Positions 9,721-19,615 of a DNA stretch of 48,767 nucleotides are shown in pieces (the stretch's first letter is position 1; each line of letters starts with the position of its first letter). The translations under genes and the position numbers were made by a program. This DNA is from an uncultured Nitrospiraceae bacterium (lineage in GTDB: Bacteria > Nitrospirota > Thermodesulfovibrionia > Thermodesulfovibrionales > Dissulfurispiraceae). The notes below the pieces were generated by a model, which saw only the letters and a list, made by a program, of their open reading frames with translations, ran no database searches and was not told the origin of the DNA. The DNA lies in NCBI GenBank assembly GCA_947085205.1, contig CAMTVO010000015.1:1-48767 (forward strand), given 5' to 3'.

Positions 9721-9991
9721 TAAGATAGTCTTCCCACTCGATTGGAAGCATATACTTTTTTTTGTTATTGCATTCCTTGCAGGCTGTGACTATATTGCTT
9801 TTCGTTGATCTACCGCCTCTGATGGCAGGAACAATGTGATCCATTGTAAGCTCTTTTGGATGGACTTTTGTGTCGCAGTAGTAACACCTGCCGTCTGCGC
9901 ATTTCCTTTTCCACCATGCGCTTTTACGGAACTCGCGGGCTATTCTTCTCTCTCTCTTTATTTCCTCCTCTGCAATGTCTGAAATGAACAT
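9698..9991 (-). CDS. HNH endonuclease family protein
   Basis: CYYC...TMDHIVP..RGG...N...CKECNN. Confidence 0.88.
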   Translation of the reverse strand: MFISDIAEEEIKRERRIAREFRKSAWWKRKCADGRCYYCDTKVHPKELTMDHIVPAIRGGRSTKSNIVTACKECNNKKKYMLPIEWEDYLTKLSLDY

Positions 9992-9992
9992 C

Positions 9993-10271
9993 TTATCTTC
10001 TTCCTCTCTTTAGTTCCTCTTCTTCAAAGAACTTCCTGTAAAGCACTTCCCATTCAGAACCGCCTTCCATAAGTTTTTTGGAGAAAGACTGGAGCTTCCT
10101 TCTCACTGCAACATCTATATCTTCGCCTATCTTTAATTCATTTATAATTGTCCTCTTTATTTCCCTTCTGAGCAGACTGTCGTCTCCTTTCAAGATTATC
10201 AGGTCTTTATCCATAAGCCCTTTCAGTACCACATGAGTCATATGGGTTATCTTGTCATCAGAAAGCATCAT
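9993..10271 (-). CDS. DUF507 family protein
   Basis: Tandem paralog; LSDDKITH, EWEVLYRKFFEEE pattern. Confidence 0.7.
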   Translation of the reverse strand: MMLSDDKITHMTHVVLKGLMDKDLIILKGDDSLLRREIKRTIINELKIGEDIDVAVRRKLQSFSKKLMEGGSEWEVLYRKFFEEEELKRGRR

Positions 10272-10549
10272 AATACTACATTTCTCTCTTTCACTAGTTT
10301 CTGCTTTGTCATATCAAAGAGCTTCCTAAAATCGAGTCTTCCCTTTTCTATCTCGGATTCGTATTTTCTAAGCAGTTGGCGGACTTCATCATTGAGCCTG
10401 TCCTCTACCGTAAGCTCGTCCATGATCAGCTTCGCTGTCTCTTCTACAAGGCTGTTTAATGGGATAGCCGGCTCTATAAGCTCTTTTTTTATAAGATTGT
10501 CGACCATCCGCTTTGCTATGGATGGAACCCAGCTCTTAGGTATCCGCAT
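10268..10549 (-). CDS. DUF507 family protein
   Basis: EDRLNDEVRQLL...DFRKLFDMTKQKLVKER pattern. Confidence 0.75.
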   Translation of the reverse strand: MRIPKSWVPSIAKRMVDNLIKKELIEPAIPLNSLVEETAKLIMDELTVEDRLNDEVRQLLRKYESEIEKGRLDFRKLFDMTKQKLVKERNVVL

Positions 10550-10550
10550 A

Positions 10551-10775
10551 TTATCTTTCCATGAACGAAAGTAGCGCTATGTTTCTCGCCCTCTGTATTG
10601 CGGCTGTAAGCTCCCTCTGGTGATTAGAGCATGTGCCTGTCATCTTTCTCGAAAGCATCTTGCCGCGCTCTGTTATATAGCTCCTAATGGTTTTTAAATC
10701 CTTATAATCTATGAACGATACCTTGTCTGCACAAAACCTGCAGAACTTTCTCCTCTGAAATCTCCTTTGCTGCAT
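10551..10775 (-). CDS. rpsR: 30S ribosomal protein S18 (zinc-binding C+ form)
   Basis: [29 protein letters not shown]; start at ATG 10775 after GGAG. Confidence 0.96.
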   Translation of the reverse strand: MQQRRFQRRKFCRFCADKVSFIDYKDLKTIRSYITERGKMLSRKMTGTCSNHQRELTAAIQRARNIALLSFMER

Positions 10776-10848
10776 CTTGTCTCCTCTCTTGGCGTCTCTG
10801 AAACTCATGTTTTCAATCTCCAATCTTCAACCGAAAATCTGCCGCTCT

Positions 10849-11250
10849 TTAGAACGGCTCTAAGTCCGTAATCTCTTCAGGCGGCGTTATGTCTGAATGG
10901 CCGCCCTCTGCCGCCCCGGCCTGACGTGATTCCCTCTTGGGCAGGAATCTAACGCTGTTTGCTATTACCTCAACCTTGCTCTTCTGGGTTCCATCGGACT
11001 CCCATCTCCTCTCGCGGAGCCTTCCTTCCACAAGAACAGGATTACCCTTGCTCAGATACTGCCCGCAGTTTTCCGCCTGTTTCCCGAAGACGACCGCATC
11101 TATGAAAAGGGTGTCGTCCTTCATCTCGTCGCCCTGCTTGTACTTCGATGTCACAGCCAGCCTCATGGTCGTAACGGGTGTTCCGCCCGGCGTATATCTT
11201 ACATCAGGGTCCTTTGTGAGATTGCCTATCAGTATTATCCTGTTAAACAT
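10849..11250 (-). CDS. ssb: Single-stranded DNA-binding protein
   Basis: NRIILIGNLTKDP, VLVEGRL, acidic C-terminal DLEPF. Confidence 0.96.
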   Translation of the reverse strand: MFNRIILIGNLTKDPDVRYTPGGTPVTTMRLAVTSKYKQGDEMKDDTLFIDAVVFGKQAENCGQYLSKGNPVLVEGRLRERRWESDGTQKSKVEVIANSVRFLPKRESRQAGAAEGGHSDITPPEEITDLEPF

Positions 11251-11262
11251 CAGGCCTGCCTT

Positions 11263-11625
11263 TTACTCTCTGCCTGCTGCTGTCTCCTGAGGTGCAACCG
11301 GAATGCCTGTTACCTCTTTCGGAAGGGCAGCAATCTGTTTTTTGCCGAGTTTAATAACCATAAACTTCACAACAGGGTCAAAGACCTTAAAATAGTCCTC
11401 TACCTTTTTTACAATCATGGAAGGCGCCTTGAATAAAAAGATCACATAAACCCCCATTTTCTGTTTATTGATCTCGTATGCAAGCTTCTTCTTGCCCCAG
11501 TTGTCGACCTTAAGGATATCGCCGCCAGAATTCTTTATAATGTCCGTGATTTTGTCGACAGCGGACTTCAGTTCCTCTTCGTTAAGGGACGGGTTCAAAA
11601 TAACTACATTTTCATAGATGTTCAT
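11263..11625 (-). CDS. rpsF: 30S ribosomal protein S6
   Basis: YENVVILNP, WGKKKLAYEI; start at ATG 11625 after GGAGG. Confidence 0.96.
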   Translation of the reverse strand: MNIYENVVILNPSLNEEELKSAVDKITDIIKNSGGDILKVDNWGKKKLAYEINKQKMGVYVIFLFKAPSMIVKKVEDYFKVFDPVVKFMVIKLGKKQIAALPKEVTGIPVAPQETAAGRE

Positions 11626-11627
11626 AA

Positions 11628-11676
11628 CACCTCCACATGGATATAAAGCCCTTTCACAAAGAAAGGGCATGGAGAA
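11628..11676 (-). ncRNA. Putative S6:S18 ribosomal protein leader (cis-regulatory RNA)
   Basis: CTCCATG-GCCCTTTC hairpin GAAAGGGC-...CCA-TGTGGAGG: an outer stem can sequester the rpsF SD, with an inner hairpin and a CCR motif, at the expected location. Confidence 0.55.
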
Positions 11677-11735
11677 CGCCGAAATTCTCCGGCGGACATA
11701 TAGTCTTTATATATAACATATAGGCTGGCTGAAAA

Positions 11736-13124
11736 TCAAATAAGTTTATATTCTTTGATCTTTTTATTCAGGGTATTTCTGTTGATTCCGAGCACCTTAG
11801 CCGCCCTTACCTGATTGCCGTTGGTCTCTTTCAGGACTATGCTGAACAGGGCCTTTTCGACTTCGGATACTACGGTTTCGTAGAGGTCTGAATTCTCTAT
11901 TTTTGTCATTTTGTTTAGAAAACCGTTAAGCTTGCCCTCCAGAAATTCCTTTATTGAGCATGAGTTGTAATCGTTTGCAAACAGGTCTCTTCTCTCTATG
12001 AGGCTGCCTTTTGAAAGTATGGAAGCCCTCTTTATAGTGTTTTCAAGTTCTCTGACATTTCCGGGCCAGTCGTATCCTGCAAGGGCCTTTTCTCCGTCCT
12101 TAGAAAAATCCTTTGGCGGCAGTTCGAATACCCTGACCGACTCATCGAGAAAATGCTGTGCAAGCGGCATAATATCCTCTTTTCTTTCCCTCAGCGGAGG
12201 CAGCTTTATCTCAATGACATTGAACCTGTAATACAAGTCTTCGCGGAACAGGCCGTTTTTCACGCACTCTTTGAGGTCTTTGTTTGTAGCGGCTATTATC
12301 CTGACATCTGCCTTTATTATTTTGTTGCTCCCAAGAGGACTGTACTCCTGCTCCTGAAGGAATCTCAATAATTTTGCCTGAAGGTCTATGTCAAGCTCTG
12401 CAATTTCGTCAAGAAAGAGTGTGCCGCTGTCAGCAGCCTGAATCTTTCCTGCGGTCTTTCCGACAGCGCCTGTGAATGCGCCCTTTTCCCAGCCGAAAAG
12501 CTCAGCCTCCATAAGCTCATTAGGTATTGATGCCGAGTTTATGGCAATGAAAGGCCCGAATTTTCTTCTGCTGTTGTTGTGTATGGCCATTGCAACGAGT
12601 TCCTTTCCTGTTCCGCTCTCGCCTGATATGAGGACAGTCACATCCTTTGGAGCGACCCTTCCTATCTCCTTGAATATCTTAAGTATGCTCTTGGACTTAC
12701 CTATTATCTGGAAAGGAATCGACTCTTCTTTGCTCTGTCTCAACTTGAGCAGCTCTTCCCTCATGGCTATGTCCCTGAATGCTTTTTCGACAGTTATTTT
12801 GAGTTCTTCAATGTCAAAAGGCTTCTCAAGATAATCATAGGCTCCTTCCTTCATAGCATCTATGGCGCTTTCCATCCTCCCATGTGCGGTAACCATAATT
12901 ACAAGGGCGTCAGGATTAAAAACCTTTATCTCCTTTAAGGCATCCATGCCGTTTCCGTCAGGAAGCATAAGGTCAAGGAGTATGAGTTTAAACTTATCAA
13001 CAGCCTTTATGCCTGCCTTGATGCTTGTCTTGGCGTCTATCTCGTAACCGAGCGGCTGCAGCGCCTTACGGACAACCCAGATTACGCTCTCGTCGTCATC
13101 TATGACCAGTATTTTTTTAATCAT
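11736..13124 (-). CDS. ntrC: NtrC-like sigma-54 response regulator (REC-AAA+-Fis HTH)
   Basis: VIDDD receiver, GESGTGKE, GAFTGA, WPGNVREL, GNQVRAAKVLGINRNTL; true start ATG 13124. Confidence 0.85.
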   Translation of the reverse strand: MIKKILVIDDDESVIWVVRKALQPLGYEIDAKTSIKAGIKAVDKFKLILLDLMLPDGNGMDALKEIKVFNPDALVIMVTAHGRMESAIDAMKEGAYDYLEKPFDIEELKITVEKAFRDIAMREELLKLRQSKEESIPFQIIGKSKSILKIFKEIGRVAPKDVTVLISGESGTGKELVAMAIHNNSRRKFGPFIAINSASIPNELMEAELFGWEKGAFTGAVGKTAGKIQAADSGTLFLDEIAELDIDLQAKLLRFLQEQEYSPLGSNKIIKADVRIIAATNKDLKECVKNGLFREDLYYRFNVIEIKLPPLRERKEDIMPLAQHFLDESVRVFELPPKDFSKDGEKALAGYDWPGNVRELENTIKRASILSKGSLIERRDLFANDYNSCSIKEFLEGKLNGFLNKMTKIENSDLYETVVSEVEKALFSIVLKETNGNQVRAAKVLGINRNTLNKKIKEYKLI

Positions 13125-14241
13125 AGCCTTTTCTTTTATCTTTCGCTTGCATCTGCAAAGGCAAAAACACGCTGAATGTTGAGCCGGCGCCCACCCTGCT
13201 TTTGACCTTAATAATCCCTCCATGGTCCTTTATTATCTTTTTGGAGAGGGCAAGGCCGAGACCGCTTCCTCCATGTTTTTTCGTATAAAACGGCATGAAT
13301 ATTTTGACTAAATCATCTTTGGATATCCCTATCCCGGTGTCTTCTATGCCGACAACAACCCACCTTTGCTTTTTTGTTCCGGCATCCATTATCCCGGCAC
13401 CTTTCTTTTCATAAATGAGCACATATTCGTCGGAAGGTCTTGTGGATATGTTCAATACCCTCTCTTTCGATTTCTTCATAGCCTCGACCGCATTTTTCAG
13501 CAGGTTTATAAATACCTGCAGCAGCTTGCTCTCGTCGCCTGAGATGTTCGGGAGGCTCGGGTCATAGGATTTATGCACGGAAATCTTTCTCTCCTCTATT
13601 GCCGGCACCATTACCTTCATGGCATGTTCAACGACCTCATGAATATTCAGTTCGTTAAAAACAGGGATCCTCGTCATTGTAAGGTAACTGTGGAGAACAG
13701 AATTCAGTCTGTCTGTCTCCTTTAATATCAGATTCACGCACTCTTCCGCCTCTGAATTTTCAGAACCTTCAGCGCTGGCCCTTAATATCTGCGCTGCTCC
13801 TTTTATGCCGCTCAGAGGGTTCTTTATTTCATGGGCAATAGAGCCTAACAGGTACAAAAGAGAATCGAACTGATAATCTTCCCTCCCTGTTAATGCAAGG
13901 TTTTCCCTTATGCATAAAATTGCGCCGTTGCCCCCCGGTGAAGTCTCAGGCATTTCCGAATAATACGGGGAGAGATTAAGGTCTATATTGGCTGTCCTGC
14001 CTATATCCACCTCCATCTCTTTACAGTTGAACGAGCGTCCTTCCATTATGGTTTTATGTATGAGCATTGCAATATCCTTTGCATCCGAGAATAATTCCCT
14101 GAACCGCCTCTGCTTTATCTCTTTGTAGCTCCTCCCGAAAAATTCTTCTCCTGCCTTGTTTATGAAGACCAGTCTGCCTTTTTTATCGAACAGAAAAATA
14201 GCCTCGTCCAGATTATTAACAACAGCCTCTACCGACACCAT
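13117..14241 (-). CDS. ntrB: NtrB-like PAS histidine kinase
   Basis: PAS; AHEIKNPLSGIKGAAQ H-box; YDPSLP; N, G1, F and G2 boxes. Confidence 0.82.
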   Translation of the reverse strand: MVSVEAVVNNLDEAIFLFDKKGRLVFINKAGEEFFGRSYKEIKQRRFRELFSDAKDIAMLIHKTIMEGRSFNCKEMEVDIGRTANIDLNLSPYYSEMPETSPGGNGAILCIRENLALTGREDYQFDSLLYLLGSIAHEIKNPLSGIKGAAQILRASAEGSENSEAEECVNLILKETDRLNSVLHSYLTMTRIPVFNELNIHEVVEHAMKVMVPAIEERKISVHKSYDPSLPNISGDESKLLQVFINLLKNAVEAMKKSKERVLNISTRPSDEYVLIYEKKGAGIMDAGTKKQRWVVVGIEDTGIGISKDDLVKIFMPFYTKKHGGSGLGLALSKKIIKDHGGIIKVKSRVGAGSTFSVFLPLQMQAKDKRKGYD

Positions 14242-14300
14242 AAAATACAGGATACACCATTCAAATCACAAATTCCAAATAACACCAATAACCAATTTTT

Positions 14301-14366
14301 AACGAACTCGTAAAAAGTCCGAAATTCCCTCCCCCTTGACGGGAGATGGCGAGGGTGAGCTGGGAC
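14301..14366. repeat. Degenerate REP-like repeat fragments
   Basis: ACGAACTCGTAAAAAGTC followed by TTCCCTCCCCCTTGACGGGAGATGGCGAGGGTGAG, a G/C-tract hairpin, in an intergenic position. Confidence 0.45.
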
Positions 14367-14506
14367 ATAGAAAACAAGGCGCAGAAGCCTCCGCATGAAA
14401 GAGATGTTATAATTGTTAAATGTGCGGGGTCAGACACCATAATTGACTTGCCTGTCGTCGAGGAAACAGCAGAATATTTCACAGCTACAGGACTAAAATG
14501 AATGCA

Positions 14507-15724
14507 TCATTCTCCCTTAACAAAATAATCCATCAGCTTGTATCCTTCATTGACGACCATTATATCTTTTCTCTCTGTAATAGACTCGTCATATGTAACA
14601 CCCTTGTTTTTCTTCTCATTGCGGCTGTCGTATATTACAAACGGCACAGGCTCATCCGTATGCGTCCTTACCTTTATTGGCGTGGCATGATCAGGCATGA
14701 GCAGGACTCGGTATTCCCTGAATCTCTCTTTAAGCCCTTTCATCACAGGACCTACAACAAGGGCATCAAAGTCCTCTATTGCCCTTATTTTGTCTTTATA
14801 GTTTCCTGAATGCCCTGCCTCTTCAGGGGCCTCAACATGGATATAAACAAAATCCACATCCTTAAGGGCATTCAATGCATATTCCGCCTTGCCGCTATAA
14901 TTCGTATCGAGCCAGCCTGTTACTCCCGGCACTTTGAGTATTTCAAAGCCTGCATATATTCCAAGACCCTTTGTAAGGTCAACTGCAGATATTAGCGCGC
15001 CTTTTAATCCGTATTTTTCCTGATAGGTCGGCAACTGCGGCTTTTTCCCCTGTCCCCATAACCATATGCTGTTTGCAGGTTTTTTGCCGTTTTTAAGCCT
15101 CTCTTTATTTACAGAGTGACCTTCAAGTATGTCCACAGATTTTCTCATTAACTCTCTCAGAACACTATCCCTTTCCCCGACAGGCAGATAATCCGTAATC
15201 TCCCTTTCGAAGATGTCGTGTGGAGGGACGCACTCGATATTCAAACTTCCGTTTTTCCAGACCATGAGATGCCTGTAGCTGACGCCCGGATAAAAGACAA
15301 TATCTTCCTTTTCAAGCCCTGATTTTATTGCCTTAATAAGCTCCCGTGCCTCTTCTGTCGTTATATGTCCGCTACTGTAATCATCCATTGCAGCATGGGT
15401 TCTGTTTTTATCGAATTTAAGTGTTACGAAATTACACCTGTATGCAACATCGTTTTCATCGAGCTTCACGCCGATGCTTGCAGCCTCAAGCGGAGCCCTT
15501 CCTGTGTAATACTTTGCAGGGTCATAACCCAAGATGCTGAGATTGGCAATATCAGAACCGGGATGAAATCCTTCGGGGATTGTCCGCACCTTGCCGATGA
15601 TTCCCTTCTGGGCAAGCTTGTCCATATTTGCGGTTAACGCCTTTTTCAAAGGCGTAAGTCCCCCAAGCTCATCAATCGGCCTGTCCGCCATGCCGTCTCC
15701 AATAATAACTACATACTTTTTCAT
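14507..15724 (-). CDS. apgM: Cofactor-independent phosphoglycerate mutase ApgM family (proposed homoserine kinase subfamily)
   Basis: IGDGMAD, PGSDIANLS, YTGRAPLEAA, HVEAPEEAGH, PDHATP; clustered with thrC and hom. Confidence 0.88.
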   Translation of the reverse strand: MKKYVVIIGDGMADRPIDELGGLTPLKKALTANMDKLAQKGIIGKVRTIPEGFHPGSDIANLSILGYDPAKYYTGRAPLEAASIGVKLDENDVAYRCNFVTLKFDKNRTHAAMDDYSSGHITTEEARELIKAIKSGLEKEDIVFYPGVSYRHLMVWKNGSLNIECVPPHDIFEREITDYLPVGERDSVLRELMRKSVDILEGHSVNKERLKNGKKPANSIWLWGQGKKPQLPTYQEKYGLKGALISAVDLTKGLGIYAGFEILKVPGVTGWLDTNYSGKAEYALNALKDVDFVYIHVEAPEEAGHSGNYKDKIRAIEDFDALVVGPVMKGLKERFREYRVLLMPDHATPIKVRTHTDEPVPFVIYDSRNEKKNKGVTYDESITERKDIMVVNEGYKLMDYFVKGE

Positions 15725-15774
15725 GATTTTTCCTCTTTTAACTCGTTATTCGCAACTCATCCCTCGTCGCTGCT

Positions 15775-16878
15775 TTACAATATCCTCTCTATTATCTTTT
15801 TAACTTCGTCAAACTCTGCCTTAACCTTTATTGTATCATCCGTAACCTTAAATACAGTATCCGGGTCTTTCAAACCGTGTCCTGTCAATGTGCATACAAC
15901 CGCTTCATTATCTGTTTTGACCTTCTCAAAATATCCCTCTTTATATAATTTTATAACACCTGCCACCGATGCTGCAGAAGCAGGCTCGCAGAATATTCCC
16001 TCAGCAGAAGCTATAAGCTTATATGCAACCAGTATCTCATCGTCTGTAACCGCATCAATGCGGCCCCCTGACTCGTCCCTTGCAGCAACTGCGGTCTTCC
16101 AGCTTGCAGGATTTCCGATTCTTATGGCAGTTGCTATTGTCTCCGGCTTCTCTACAGGATGGCCTAAAACTATCGGCGCTGCACCTGCTGCTTGAAAACC
16201 TAACATCTTCGGCAGTCCATGAATTATGCCGGCATTGTAATACTCCTTATAGCCTTTCCAATAAGCTGTAATATTCCCCGCATTGCCAACAGGCAGGGCA
16301 TGATATTTAGGCGCAAAGCCAAGCTGGTCGCAGACCTCAAAGGCCGCCGACTTCTGCCCCTCTATCCTGAAGGGGTTTATGGAATTAACAAGGGTGATAG
16401 GGTATTTTTCGACCATCTCTTTAACTATCTTTAGCGCCTCGTCAAAATTGCCATCTATCTGCAATACATGGGAGCCGTGAACCAGCGCCTGCGCGAGCTT
16501 TCCGAGTGCGATTTTGCCTTCGGGTATCACAACAATTGCCTTTATCCCCGCCCTCGATGCATAGGCTGCTGCAGATGCAGATGTATTGCCTGTTGATGCG
16601 CATATTACTGCCTTGGAGCCTGATTCAACGGCCTTTGAAAGGGCAAGGGTCATTCCCCTGTCTTTGAAAGAGCCCGTGGGGTTTGCACCGTCAAACTTCA
16701 GGTAGATATCAAGGTCGATATTAAGCTTTCTTGATAAATTGACAGCCTTTATGAGCGGTGTATTTCCTTCTAAAAGGCTTACAACCGGCGTCCTGTCTGT
16801 AACAGGAAAGAACTCTCTATACTCTTCGATTATTCCTTTCCACAAAATCCTTGAACTATTACACTCTCCAATCTCCAT
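15775..16878 (-). CDS. thrC: Threonine synthase
   Basis: [50 protein letters not shown]; start ATG 16878 after GGAG. Confidence 0.93.
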   Translation of the reverse strand: MEIGECNSSRILWKGIIEEYREFFPVTDRTPVVSLLEGNTPLIKAVNLSRKLNIDLDIYLKFDGANPTGSFKDRGMTLALSKAVESGSKAVICASTGNTSASAAAYASRAGIKAIVVIPEGKIALGKLAQALVHGSHVLQIDGNFDEALKIVKEMVEKYPITLVNSINPFRIEGQKSAAFEVCDQLGFAPKYHALPVGNAGNITAYWKGYKEYYNAGIIHGLPKMLGFQAAGAAPIVLGHPVEKPETIATAIRIGNPASWKTAVAARDESGGRIDAVTDDEILVAYKLIASAEGIFCEPASAASVAGVIKLYKEGYFEKVKTDNEAVVCTLTGHGLKDPDTVFKVTDDTIKVKAEFDEVKKIIERIL

Positions 16879-16894
16879 ATCATCTCCGTTAAAT

Positions 16895-16978
16895 CGCAAT
16901 GCGCAATGAGTAATGCGTAATGGGAAAGTGAATAATTACAAAGAAATCCTTCTACGCATCACGCATAACGCTTTACGC
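16895..16978. repeat. Intergenic hairpin built from heptamer tandem repeats
   Basis: (CGCAATG/CGTAATG)x4 ... (TACGCAT-like)x4 in inverted orientation. Confidence 0.7.
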
Positions 16979-16979
16979 T

Positions 16980-17216
16980 TTATTCAACTATGTCTCCTTC
17001 TATAAGTTCGACATCTACACCCTGGTCCTTGATAGACTTTATTCCGTTCTGAATATTTTCTTCTGTCCCTTCGAGTTCAAGCACCATCTCTCCTACGGTA
17101 TCCGTAACCCTCGCCCTTCTGATATTGGGCATAACGTCATACTTTTTTGCCATCGTAAATATAATCGGCTCTTTAATGAGATGCTGAGGAAAAGTCAATT
17201 TGACTCGCATTTTCAT
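16980..17216 (-). CDS. Stand-alone NIL domain protein
   Basis: LTFPQHLIKEPII...PNIRRARVT..GEMVLELEG. Confidence 0.85.
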   Translation of the reverse strand: MKMRVKLTFPQHLIKEPIIFTMAKKYDVMPNIRRARVTDTVGEMVLELEGTEENIQNGIKSIKDQGVDVELIEGDIVE

Positions 17217-17230
17217 AACTCCCTCCCTTT

Positions 17231-17327
17231 AAGTGTCAGTAATTAGTGTCAGTGTCAGTCTCTTGGAGTGTCAGTTTTTAGTGTCTGTGTCAGTAGACAA
17301 TTTTTACTGACACTGTTCACTGACACT
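17231..17327. repeat. TGTCAG-repeat hairpin element, copy 1
   Basis: AGTGTCAG repeats facing CTGACACT repeats; about 85 bp closely similar to the copy starting at 31030. Confidence 0.85.
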
Positions 17328-17616
17328 ACTCACTGTTTAATAAATTGCCTCCGGCTATTGCAGGGACAATGGAAACCTCGTCTCCATCTTTAACAGACGT
17401 CTGCTCTGCCTGCAAAAACCTTATATCCTCTTCGTTAACATAAATATTCACAAACCTCCTGACCTTGCCTCCCTCCGATATCCTCTCTGCAATACCAGGG
17501 TACTTTGTCTCGAGGTCATTAATAAGGTCGATTACGGTCCCTGCCTTGCCTTCAACCTCTTCTTTACCCTGTGTCAATCTCTGAAGGGGTGTCGGAATCC
17601 TAACCTTTACTGCCAT
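17326..17616 (-). CDS. MoaD/ThiS/CysO family sulfur carrier protein with a C-terminal extension
   Basis: VRIPTPL, RRFVNIYVN.EDIRFL, SIVPAIAGG followed by NLLNSE. Confidence 0.92.
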   Translation of the reverse strand: MAVKVRIPTPLQRLTQGKEEVEGKAGTVIDLINDLETKYPGIAERISEGGKVRRFVNIYVNEEDIRFLQAEQTSVKDGDEVSIVPAIAGGNLLNSE

Positions 17617-17640
17617 TTTATCACCTCCTGTTAAATATTT

Positions 17641-17697
17641 AAGTAGGAGGTAGGAACTGGGAAGTTTGGAAATGAAACTTCTTACTTCCTACTTAAC
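17641..17697. repeat. Heptamer-repeat hairpin overlapping the 3' end of the ThrC-like gene
   Basis: AAGTAGG AGGTAGG AACTGGG AAGTTTG ... ACTTCTT ACTTCCT ACTT. Confidence 0.55.
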
Positions 17698-18920
17698 TTT
17701 TTAAGTATTTCTTCAAATGCATCAATATTCGGCTTTATGTAATGCACCTCTGCAGTCCTTCCTGCAAGCGCCTCCTGTGTCTTAAGACCGTTTCCTGTAA
17801 TGCATACCACTGTAGTTTCATTTCTGCCAATCTTTCCCTGCTCTATCAATTTCTTGGTTGTTGCAATGGTAACGCCTCCGGCAGTCTCTGCAAAAATACC
17901 TTCGGTCTTTGCGAGCAGCTTTATTCCATCGATAATCTCGTCGTCAGAGACATCCTCGCCGTATCCACCTGTTTCCCTCACCACCTGTGCTGCATAGAAG
18001 CCATCAGCAGGATTGCCTATTGCAAGAGACTTCGCAATGGTGTTTGGCTTTACAGGCCTTATCACAGCCACTCCCTGTTTTATTGCCGTGGATATGGGAG
18101 AGCAGCCTGTGGCCTGCGCTGCAAAGACCTTTGTCTCAAGTTCTTTCAGTATACCTATCTCTTTGAATTCCTTAAATGATTTCCAGACCTTTGTCAAAAG
18201 TGAACCGCTGGCGCAGGGAACAACAACATTGTCGGGAGCCTTCCAGTCGAGCTGTTCTACAATCTCGAATCCCTGAGTCTTTGAGCCTTCTGCGTAGAAT
18301 GGCCTGATGTTGATATTCACAAATGCCCATCTGTACTTATTTGCTATCTCGCTGCAGAGTCTGTTCACCTCGTCATAGTTTCCGTCAACAGCAACCAGAT
18401 TTGGCTCGTAAACAAGTGATGCCACAATCTTGCTCGGCTCCAATGTGGCAGGGATAAAGACGAATCTCTTAAATCCTGCCTTTGCGCCATGTGCAGAAAC
18501 AGAATGAGCGAGATTACCTGTAGAAGCGCATGCAACCGTGTCAAAACCGAACTCCTTTGCCTTTGTGAGAGCAACTGCCACAACCCTGTCTTTAAAAGAG
18601 AGCGTTGGGTGGACAACTGTATCGTCCTTAACGTATAGCTCCTTAATACCAAGCTCCCTTGCAAGATTATCGGCCTTTATAAGTGGTGTAAATCCTGATT
18701 TCAGACCAACCTGAGGCTCTCCGTCTATTGGAAGGAGCTCTTTATATCTCCAAAGGCTTTTAGGCCTCTTTTCTATATTTTTTTTCGTCAATACTTTCTT
18801 TATTTTTTTATAGTCATAAACAACCTCTAAGGGACCGAAACAAAACTCGCAGACATATATTGGGTCAACAGGGTACTCCCTGCCGCACTCTCTGCATTTA
18901 AGACCTCTTACATATCCCAT
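17682..18920 (-). CDS. Threonine synthase-like PLP enzyme with an N-terminal zinc finger (candidate sulfur-carrier-dependent homocysteine/cysteine synthase)
   Basis: CRECG..CEFC, HPTLSFKDR PLP lysine, CASTGNLA, KSLAIGNPADG; paralog of thrC lying next to MoaD. Confidence 0.85.
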   Translation of the reverse strand: MGYVRGLKCRECGREYPVDPIYVCEFCFGPLEVVYDYKKIKKVLTKKNIEKRPKSLWRYKELLPIDGEPQVGLKSGFTPLIKADNLARELGIKELYVKDDTVVHPTLSFKDRVVAVALTKAKEFGFDTVACASTGNLAHSVSAHGAKAGFKRFVFIPATLEPSKIVASLVYEPNLVAVDGNYDEVNRLCSEIANKYRWAFVNINIRPFYAEGSKTQGFEIVEQLDWKAPDNVVVPCASGSLLTKVWKSFKEFKEIGILKELETKVFAAQATGCSPISTAIKQGVAVIRPVKPNTIAKSLAIGNPADGFYAAQVVRETGGYGEDVSDDEIIDGIKLLAKTEGIFAETAGGVTIATTKKLIEQGKIGRNETTVVCITGNGLKTQEALAGRTAEVHYIKPNIDAFEEILKKLSRK

Positions 18921-19092
18921 AAACACCTCCTCGTCACCCTTTTAAAATGAAAGACTATTTTACCCCAAACTGGAGGTAAAATTAAATAGCGGGTGTCCAA
19001 AGGATAAACAAAGCAATAAAAAAACTTGACAAACCTGTCTTTTTGAGCTGCCAATATAAACATTAGGACATATTAAAATTGTAGGAGGTTTT

Positions 19093-19149
19093 ATGCAGGC
19101 AGTAAAAGTGTTGCCGAAAGGACAGATAACTCTGCGGGGCTTGAGGTAA
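19093..19149 (+). pseudogene. AbrB/MazE-type antitoxin N-terminal remnant
   Basis: AGGAGG RBS, then MQAVKVLPKGQITLRGLR*; KGQITL is the AbrB-fold start; only 18 aa. Confidence 0.65.
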
Positions 19150-19172
19150 GAAAGCCGTAAAATTCTGTACTC

Positions 19173-19574
19173 CTATTTTATAGTAATACCGACTTCTTCA
19201 ATATTTCTCTCGATTATAGCGAAAGCCTTCGCAACCGGCTCTTTTTCCATAAGGCTGATGATTATATAAACAGCGTCTTCATAGAAAGCGAGGCTTACAT
19301 CCTTTGCTGAAGGATATGCGGCTGAGGATGGGTGTGAGTGAAATATTGCGAGCATCGAGAGATTGTTCTCACTCATGTCCTTCATTACTTTAAACTGCTC
19401 TTTTGAATCCATGAAATAGCTCACGGGAGATACTTCGGTATTTGCCATTTTATAAATTCTCGATACTTCATTGTCATTGCCCGCAAGGATACCGCACGCC
19501 TCATTAGGATAGCCCACTTTGCAATGGGCAAGCATTTCGTCAAAGATATGGGCTGGTATAACTAACTGTTCCAT
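19173..19574 (-). CDS. M67/Mov34/JAMM metallopeptidase (Mec/HcyD-like)
   Basis: PNEACGIL and FHSHPSSAAYPSAKD JAMM motif. Confidence 0.92.
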   Translation of the reverse strand: MEQLVIPAHIFDEMLAHCKVGYPNEACGILAGNDNEVSRIYKMANTEVSPVSYFMDSKEQFKVMKDMSENNLSMLAIFHSHPSSAAYPSAKDVSLAFYEDAVYIIISLMEKEPVAKAFAIIERNIEEVGITIK

Positions 19575-19592
19575 TGCATGTAACATGTAATG

Positions 19593-19612
19593 TAAAGGGG
19601 ACGGTTCTCTTT
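19593..19612 (+). repeat. Solo copy of the GGGGACGGTTCTCTTT (RAYT-associated) motif
   Basis: TAAAGGGGACGGTTCTCTTT is identical to the core of the inverted repeats at 45150-45322. Confidence 0.8.
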
Positions 19613-19615
19613 TTA

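Noticed and set aside
14347..14501. Approx. 50-aa plus-strand ORF MARVSWDIENK...
   Set aside because: It starts inside a REP-like fragment, has no recognisable motif and no clear RBS.
17231..17327. TGTCAG, AGTGCGAC and GACTGCC arrays as CRISPR
   Set aside because: Units are 6-8 bp with no unique spacers of constant length, and there are no cas genes.
18927..19172. SAM or T-box riboswitch upstream of the ThrC-like gene
   Set aside because: No SAM-I or T-box consensus is recognisable; the gap holds an antitoxin scar and a short hairpin.
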